Below are positions 58,198 to 64,000 of a DNA stretch of 64,000 nt, piece after piece. Source of the stretch: a bacterium (GTDB taxonomy: Bacteria; SAR324; XYD2-FULL-50-16); assembly GCA_029940215.1 (NCBI GenBank), contig JAOZRE010000002.1, forward strand, positions 1,433 through 65,432, in the 5' to 3' direction. The notes below the pieces were generated by a model, which worked only from the letters and a program-made list of their open reading frames with translations, was not told the origin of the DNA and searched no databases. How positions within the stretch are numbered: the first letter of the stretch is position 1; every line of letters begins with the position of its first letter. A program made the position numbers and the translations under genes.

Positions 58198-59802
58198 CTA
58201 AAACTCGTTAGCGATAGTCAAGTCGGAAATCTGGTTCACATCGACCCAGTGCCCGGAAATGTATTGCACCTTGACCTTTGTTCCTTGTTGAATAAAGTGA
58301 TCAATCAGGTCTCTGATATCCAGCTTGCCGAATTCAGGGCTTTCCTGCTGTTGTTCGATAAAGGCCTGAGCCTGTTTTCCAGCTTTTGGTGACAGTTTCA
58401 TCACCCCGATAAATTCGCCGCTGTGGCTATCATCAGCTGCTGTGAAGGCGATTTTGTCGGCGTAGCTTTCTTCTGCAAAATAGGATTGATGATCCGGTTG
58501 GGTAGCAACCACGAAGTCGGACTCAACTGTACTACTTCGGTCAACCTTGGAGTCAACGACGATCACCACATCTTCAGGATCCTCGATGGCAAATTGCAGA
58601 ATATACTTTTTAAAGAGAATATCGCCAAAAATGATCAGCGTGGATTGATCCAGTTGGTCGACTGCAGCGGCAAGCGATGACATCTGCCCCGTTTCCTCAT
58701 ACTGTTCATTGACCACCACGTTGAGGTTTGGAAGGTTGATGGCTTCGGCTTTATATCCCGCCACCACGGTAATATTCTTGATTTCATACTCGTTCAGATG
58801 CGAAACCGTACGTTCCAGGATACTCTTCTTGCCGATTTTTAGCATGGTTTTGGGAATATCACCTGTCAGATGGCCCAGCAGTTTACCCCGTGTGGCGGCC
58901 AACACCACAGCCTTGATCGGGTTCTTGGCCTGCTGACTGAGATACCGTTTTTCCGCATCCGCAATCTCCTGATCATCCTGAAGTCTGAATATCTCTTTGA
59001 CCGGGACAATCATATCCTCAACAGTGAGCAGGTTCTCATCGGCATGAATCTGCCCGGCAACTTCCTGCATTTTGGCAATGCTGCCTCGAATCAAGTGATT
59101 TGCCCAGATAACCAGCGATACATTTTTGCGGCGAAAATCATCCGTCGGGGTTGTGTAGTATTTTGTCGGTACCAGAACAACAGGTGACCGGTTGTCCCAT
59201 TCTTTCAGGAACGAGAATATCTCGCTGCTGTTATTGAGCTTACTGTGCATTAAAATTGCGTCCGCTCCAGCCTGTCGATAGGCTTCCGCCCTTTCAAGCG
59301 CTGCTTTCAGACCCCAGCCGGCGATGAATGCCTCAACCCTTGCCACGATCACAAAATCGTCATCCAACTGACTGTCCTTTCCTGCCTTTATTTTACCACT
59401 GAATTCATCAATATTAGCCAGTGGCTGTTTATCACCCCGCAGAAAACTGTTCGTTTTGGGGAAGATCTTATCCTCGATGCAGACACCGCCAGCTCCTCGT
59501 TGACAGAGTTTTTTAACCAGCCGGCGCATATTATTGAAATTCCCATACCCGGTATCGCCATCCAGCAGAATCGGTATCGATGTGGCGTCACTCATGAATT
59601 CAACAACATCCAGAACCTGGGTCCAGCTTGCCTCATTGTTATCCCGAACACCCAGGGAGGCAGAGATTCCCAGACCACTTCCCCAAATCCCCTTGAAGCC
59701 GGCCTCTTCAACTATTTTTGCTGACAAACCGTCATGGGCTTCCATGATAAATTCAAGCTGGTCGTTTTCAATCAGCTGTCTTAACTGAGTTGTTTTTCTC
59801 AT
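58198..59802 (-). CDS. pepM: Phosphoenolpyruvate mutase fused to a C-terminal nucleotidyltransferase domain.
   Basis: N-terminal PEP mutase (...[41 protein letters not shown]...[11 protein letters not shown]...). C-terminal NTase region (...[13 protein letters not shown]...[13 protein letters not shown]...). The ORF is open to 59883; start placed at [10 protein letters not shown]. Confidence 0.85.
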   Translation of the reverse strand: MRKTTQLRQLIENDQLEFIMEAHDGLSAKIVEEAGFKGIWGSGLGISASLGVRDNNEASWTQVLDVVEFMSDATSIPILLDGDTGYGNFNNMRRLVKKLCQRGAGGVCIEDKIFPKTNSFLRGDKQPLANIDEFSGKIKAGKDSQLDDDFVIVARVEAFIAGWGLKAALERAEAYRQAGADAILMHSKLNNSSEIFSFLKEWDNRSPVVLVPTKYYTTPTDDFRRKNVSLVIWANHLIRGSIAKMQEVAGQIHADENLLTVEDMIVPVKEIFRLQDDQEIADAEKRYLSQQAKNPIKAVVLAATRGKLLGHLTGDIPKTMLKIGKKSILERTVSHLNEYEIKNITVVAGYKAEAINLPNLNVVVNEQYEETGQMSSLAAAVDQLDQSTLIIFGDILFKKYILQFAIEDPEDVVIVVDSKVDRSSTVESDFVVATQPDHQSYFAEESYADKIAFTAADDSHSGEFIGVMKLSPKAGKQAQAFIEQQQESPEFGKLDIRDLIDHFIQQGTKVKVQYISGHWVDVNQISDLTIANEF

Positions 59803-60123
59803 TTCAGATTTCTTGATTCGATTGTTGTCTTCTGCACGTAAAACCGCCACTGACGCTAACTTAAACGTGTGAAAACGCCTCATTCTGCATCCGGTAAAAC
59901 CACATGCATTTTTACTACAAGAATAAGTTTACTGATTCAGAAAAACTAAGACCAGATGTAATTTCAGAGAAACCCATCACAGATCAATTTTAATCGATTC
60001 ATGATATTGCTCAGTGACCGTCAATCATATTGGCGCCATGATTGAAAAAACCCTTAATTTCCGTACGCGGCCTGCAGGGCTGCCGGATATTAATCATGTA
60101 GCCATGCTTCATAAAGTAGAAAA

Positions 60124-61254
60124 ATGAACACACACCTTTCGCCGCTTAATCGGGAAGGAATGCTGATGGGTCAGATTCCCGCCCGCTACCATCAAATGAC
60201 CGAAGTAGAGCTTTACCAACGTGCGGATTCCGCCAGGAAAGCGCTGGGAAATCAGCTGGTCATCCTGGCTCATCACTATGTCCAGGACAGCGTTTTTCAG
60301 CTCAATGATGTTGCCGGCGACTCCCTGTTTCTGGCTCGAGAGGCCGCTAAAACGCCCGCGAAATATATCGTTTTCTGCGGGGTTCATTTTATGGCGGAAA
60401 GTTCGGATATTATCACCACCGATGATAAGATCACCATGCTGCCACAACTTTCTGCCGGTTGTTCCATGGCTGATATGGCGGACATAGACAGCGTTCAGAA
60501 TTGTTGGCGCCAACTGGTCGATGCTTGTGGAGAAGACGCCTTTATCCCCATTACCTACATCAATTCCCCGGCTACCCTGAAGGCATTCTGCGGAAAACAT
60601 GGCGGGACGGTCTGCACCTCATCCAACTCCAGTAAAATCCTGGGATGGGCACTGGAACAGGATAAAAAGGTCCTGTTCTTCCCGGACCAGCGACTGGGGC
60701 GCAATACAGCCAATGAGCTGTCAGTTCCATCGAACAACATCAAGGTCTGGGAAAGAACCCGACCGGATGGAGCCATGACAGCCCATGAACTGAAGCAGTC
60801 ACAGGTTGTGCTATGGAGTGGATATTGCGCGGTTCATGACCGATTTACTGTTTCACAAATTGAGCAGGCCCGGCAGAGACGACCTGATGTTCAGGTCATT
60901 GTTCATCCTGAATGCCGTGAAGAGGTCGTAAATGCCGCTGACCATTCCGGATCGACAGACCATATTCTCCGGGTCATTGGAGAGGCCAAGCCGGGAACGG
61001 ACTGGGCTGTGGGAACAGAGTTCAACATGGTCAAGCGCCTGGCAAAAGACCTTCTGGTAAAAGAGGGAAAGAGAATTGAGAACCTGAACCCCAGCGCATC
61101 CATCTGCTCCACGATGTACAGCATCTACCTGTCGAACGTGGTTTGGGTGCTTGAAAACCTCGTCGAGGAGAAACCGATCAACACCGTATCGGTTGCCCCC
61201 GAAATCAAAGAACAGGCTCGGATCGCACTGGATCGCATGCTGGATCTCAGCTAA
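60124..61254 (+). CDS. nadA: Quinolinate synthase A.
   Basis: 376 aa with NadA motifs (...ILAHHYV...FCGVHFMAES...; Cys ligands). Diverges from the pepM cluster. Confidence 0.85.
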   Translation: MNTHLSPLNREGMLMGQIPARYHQMTEVELYQRADSARKALGNQLVILAHHYVQDSVFQLNDVAGDSLFLAREAAKTPAKYIVFCGVHFMAESSDIITTDDKITMLPQLSAGCSMADMADIDSVQNCWRQLVDACGEDAFIPITYINSPATLKAFCGKHGGTVCTSSNSSKILGWALEQDKKVLFFPDQRLGRNTANELSVPSNNIKVWERTRPDGAMTAHELKQSQVVLWSGYCAVHDRFTVSQIEQARQRRPDVQVIVHPECREEVVNAADHSGSTDHILRVIGEAKPGTDWAVGTEFNMVKRLAKDLLVKEGKRIENLNPSASICSTMYSIYLSNVVWVLENLVEEKPINTVSVAPEIKEQARIALDRMLDLS

Positions 61255-61300
61255 TGTCAAATCAACATTCGACTGATATAACCCATAGCAACAGGCCATT

Positions 61301-62149
61301 ATGGATTTTCGTCATATAGATCCCATCATCAAGGCTGCCCTTGATGAAGATCTCCCATGGGGGGATATTACGTCTGAAACCATTATCGACCCGAACCTGC
61401 AGCATGATTTCGTCATATTGCTTAAGGAAGCCGGCGTTTTGGCAGGCGTACCCGTTGCAGAAAGGACTTTCAGACATCTGGAACCGGACCTGAGCTGGGA
61501 ACCGCTGGGAAAGGACAGTTCATTCAGGAACAAGGGAGAGACACTGGTCCGACTGCGGGGCAATACCCAGAAAATTCTCATGGCAGAAAGAGTCGCACTG
61601 AATTTTCTGCAACGACTGAGCGGAATTGCCACGCTCACATCGCAATACGTAAAACTGGCGCGACAGCGGTCCGGCACTGTCAGGGTCACAGACACACGCA
61701 AGACAACCCCAAATCTCCGGTATCTGGAAAAATATGCGGTTCGCATGGGTGGTGGACATAACCATCGCTACTCGCTATCTGATGCGGTGATGCTCAAGGA
61801 TAACCACCTTGCCATTCTTAAACAGCAAGGGGTTTCAATCAAGGAGGCTGTCCGCAAGCTGCGAGGCAACCTGCCGCACACAACCCGGATCGAGATTGAG
61901 GTGGACAGGGTGGAACAGATCGAAGCTGTCGTCTCAGCCGGTGTGGACTGTATCCTCCTGGACAACATGTCACCTGAAACCCTGGTGGAAGCGGTAAAGT
62001 TAATCAATGGTCGTACACAGACAGAGGCGTCCGGTGGCGTTTCACTTAAAACCGTGGCATCCATTGCGGCGACGGGCGTGGATATCATTTCAGCCGGGGC
62101 CCTCACCCACTCAGCACCTGCGCTCGACATCAGCCTGGATTTCGGATAG
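61301..62149 (+). CDS. nadC: Nicotinate-nucleotide pyrophosphorylase (carboxylating).
   Basis: 282 aa (...LKEDLPWGDITSE...DTRKTTPNLR...ILLDNMSPE...). Confidence 0.9.
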   Translation: MDFRHIDPIIKAALDEDLPWGDITSETIIDPNLQHDFVILLKEAGVLAGVPVAERTFRHLEPDLSWEPLGKDSSFRNKGETLVRLRGNTQKILMAERVALNFLQRLSGIATLTSQYVKLARQRSGTVRVTDTRKTTPNLRYLEKYAVRMGGGHNHRYSLSDAVMLKDNHLAILKQQGVSIKEAVRKLRGNLPHTTRIEIEVDRVEQIEAVVSAGVDCILLDNMSPETLVEAVKLINGRTQTEASGGVSLKTVASIAATGVDIISAGALTHSAPALDISLDFG

Positions 62150-62355
62150 CCCTTCAGTTCCGAAAGGTAAATTCCACTGTCAGTGGCATATTATTACATC
62201 GCCAAATTCCCTGTCGCTCTATCCAACTTGAATCGAACCCACACCCTTTTATTCACTGCAGGGGGTGGAGGGAATCACACAGCAGGGGTGGTCACTTGAC
62301 GACTATCTGCCCAAGCAGATACATTACAGGCGTCAAAACAATCTTTTCACTGTTG

Positions 62356-63663
62356 GAGATGATCATGAGAGAAAAAACATTCCTGTCCCGAATTTTCGGT
62401 AAAACCACCAGCTTTATCAAACTCGTTGTGACCGGAGCACTGCTGTTATCGGCTTCCAGCACCATGGCCTATGATTTCAGTGATGTCAGGCGAACGATGC
62501 ACAATGACCTGGCCTCCTCCAGTACAGCCGGGCTGAACAGGCGTATTGCCATCGTTTACTATATTCCGGATCATGAAGGGGTCAAGCAGCGGACCAACCT
62601 GGTCAAGCTGAAAAAAGACCTCTCACACGAACTACTGAAATCATTTGAAGTGGTCGACCCAATCATCGTACAGGAAGTGGTCAAGACCAACCGGCTTAAG
62701 TACCACCAGATATCGGGCAACAGCTCCATCCTGAAACAGTTTGCCGATCGAACAGACAGCTCACAGGTCCTCTTCATTGAGCTGAGAGCACAGGAAGATT
62801 ACCTGCAGACGAAGATGAAACTGGTTAATAATCGCCACGAGCAGATATCTGATATTCAGATCCAGTTGCCCTACGAGCCGATTCGAACGTCCAACTATCA
62901 GACAGCGCGCGTCGTCACCCAGTCATCCAAGCCCCAGAACTCAATCTATGAATCCTTCAAGCTGGATTTCATCCCCAAGTCTTTTCTAGCTGGGCAAAAC
63001 GATGCATGGATCTATTTCTCACCAACCGCTGAAATTATCCCGGACCTGCAGTCCTTGGAAGCCACCGTTTGGCTGAAACACCTGGGCGAAGTTGATGTTC
63101 GGCTGGCTCGACTGCGCTACGATGTCCGCCTATTTGAGATACTTCAGCTCGGCATTCAATCCAACGCCATCGCGAAAAAAAAATATGCAGAAAGTGAAGA
63201 ACCAAACAGCAAGGAACAGGGTCACCATTCAACTTACTTTATAGCCAAATACCAGGTGTCAGACGGTACTGCCATACCTATCAGCATAGCATTTGGTTTT
63301 AAAAGGCGGCTGGCGTGGGATGATGACAACACCGACTTCACCAACAGTAGCGATGACGTGAACGACAAAAATGACCAATACAACCAGTCGACTTTGTTGC
63401 TCACAGCCACAGGCAAACTGGATTCTATCGGCTTGTTGTACAATGTTTACGTGGACAACCAGACCCTCGGTGCCGGAGTAAAGTTCCTGCTAACATCTGA
63501 AATCAAGCTGTTTGCAGACTCGCTGATCTATCACCATGAAGACCCTCAGATAAAAAGCGACAGTGCATTCGGCGTACAACTCTACACTCAGGCCGGGGCC
63601 GTCACACTTGGTTATCAGGTGTCAACAGAACAGACACAGCTCGGCCTGATATTCGATTTTTAG
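62356..63663 (+). CDS. Hypothetical outer-membrane beta-barrel-like protein.
   Basis: Start at MREKTF...; the ORF is open from 62296. Signal peptide (LLLSASSTMAYDF). Alternating-hydrophobic C-terminal strands ending in ...LGLIFDF (terminal Phe). Confidence 0.45.
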   Translation, partial: EMIMREKTFLSRIFGKTTSFIKLVVTGALLLSASSTMAYDFSDVRRTMHNDLASSSTAGLNRRIAIVYYIPDHEGVKQRTNLVKLKKDLSHELLKSFEVVDPIIVQEVVKTNRLKYHQISGNSSILKQFADRTDSSQVLFIELRAQEDYLQTKMKLVNNRHEQISDIQIQLPYEPIRTSNYQTARVVTQSSKPQNSIYESFKLDFIPKSFLAGQNDAWIYFSPTAEIIPDLQSLEATVWLKHLGEVDVRLARLRYDVRLFEILQLGIQSNAIAKKKYAESEEPNSKEQGHHSTYFIAKYQVSDGTAIPISIAFGFKRRLAWDDDNTDFTNSSDDVNDKNDQYNQSTLLLTATGKLDSIGLLYNVYVDNQTLGAGVKFLLTSEIKLFADSLIYHHEDPQIKSDSAFGVQLYTQAGAVTLGYQVSTEQTQLGLIFDF

Positions 63664-63907
63664 TCCTCCCCCCGAAATCTCCAGGGACACTGTCACCAGT
63701 GTCCTTGTCCAATCGACTGCCTCATCCAGCCTGAGACAGGCTCCCCATTCCATGTCAGGATTCAGCAAATCCTGAATTTTCAAAATAAAACAATGGTAAT
63801 CAATCAGATAAAATGATAAATTTTTAATTCGTCAACCGACGGTAAACACTCATAAATTTCGGGCTCTCGCCTGAAAAAAACGGATTACTCGTTCAAAAAA
63901 CGGAAAG

Positions 63908-64000
63908 TTGAAACATATTGTCATTGGAACCAGCGGCCATATCGATCACGGAAAATCAGCACTGGTTAAAGCACTCACCGGAACCGATCCGGATCGATTC
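63908..64000 (+). CDS. selB: Selenocysteine-specific elongation factor, N-terminal 31 codons (truncated by window end).
   Basis: TTG start. [31 protein letters not shown] matches the SelB N-terminus (IIATAGHVDHGKTTL..A.TG...DRL). Confidence 0.55.
   Translation, partial: MKHIVIGTSGHIDHGKSALVKALTGTDPDRF

Noticed and set aside
1-64000. Looked for CRISPR arrays, tRNA/rRNA genes, transposases, integrases and phage genes.
   Set aside because: No regularly spaced direct repeats. No tRNA-like cloverleaf signatures or rRNA-like segments spotted. No transposase, integrase or phage-structural protein among the ORF translations. The window looks like core chromosomal DNA.

Overview
This 64 kb window has about 52% GC and looks chromosomal, with gene content typical of an anaerobic deltaproteobacterium (Desulfobacterota-like): cobalamin salvage, HypAB, many sigma-54/PAS regulators and a selB start. 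It is gene-dense on both strands, with about 60 CDS. I saw no transposase, integrase, CRISPR array, rRNA or tRNA.

Gene content, 5' to 3':
- 1-7612: a TonB2/TtpC-type energiser cluster (DUF3450 tail, large ExbB-like protein, ExbB, ExbD, TonB, TPR protein) fused in one gene string to a BtuFCD/FecBCD-type ABC importer.
- 7896-11739: an Opp/Dpp/Nik-family ABC importer (two permeases, two ATPases) with no binding protein.
- 11905-16463: a lipoprotein, a STAS protein and a 1030-aa sigma-54 activator.
- 16850-18286: an ADP-forming acyl-CoA synthetase alpha-type protein.
- 18295-21286: cobT-cobU-cobS on the minus strand, with a cobalamin-riboswitch-like leader, diverging from cbiX.
- 21317-28489: a hybrid REC-PAS histidine kinase, an MFS transporter, an MBL hydrolase, an M23 peptidase and hypB-hypA.
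- 28968-33379: a second ADP-forming acyl-CoA synthetase alpha-type protein, an SDR and CoA-transferase subunits A/B.
- 34570-38587: an MlaA (VacJ) - MlaC (Ttg2D) - MMPL/RND transporter trio.
- 38753-52035: a fatty-acid/acyl-CoA island (thiolase, acyl-CoA ligase, TetR, EtfBA, ABM monooxygenase, second TetR, metallophosphoesterase, two acyl-CoA dehydrogenases, NPD/FabK-like reductase, crotonase).
- 52112-56044: an orphan REC, tilS, a SpoIID/LytB protein, comF and rpsU.
- 56246-59802: a phosphonate-biosynthesis set (NTase, ppd, pepM-NTase fusion).
- 60124-64000: nadA, nadC, an outer-membrane beta-barrel-like protein and the 5' end of selB.

Most notable observations:
- A recurring operator motif, TGTCAAGAyAAATCGArC(G)TTCG, occurs five times in promoters of the acyl-CoA genes. 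One copy is a near-perfect 40-bp palindrome.
- A candidate selenoprotein ORF carries an in-frame TGA followed by Cys and a SECIS-like hairpin.
- An Mla-like lipid-trafficking trio has an MMPL/RND pump in place of MlaFEDB. Its MlaA and MMPL proteins share an acidic DEMDEFE(A/E)EFEEA motif.
- A cobalamin-riboswitch-like leader precedes cobS.
- Both ADP-forming acyl-CoA synthetase alpha-type genes lack a beta (ATP-grasp) partner.
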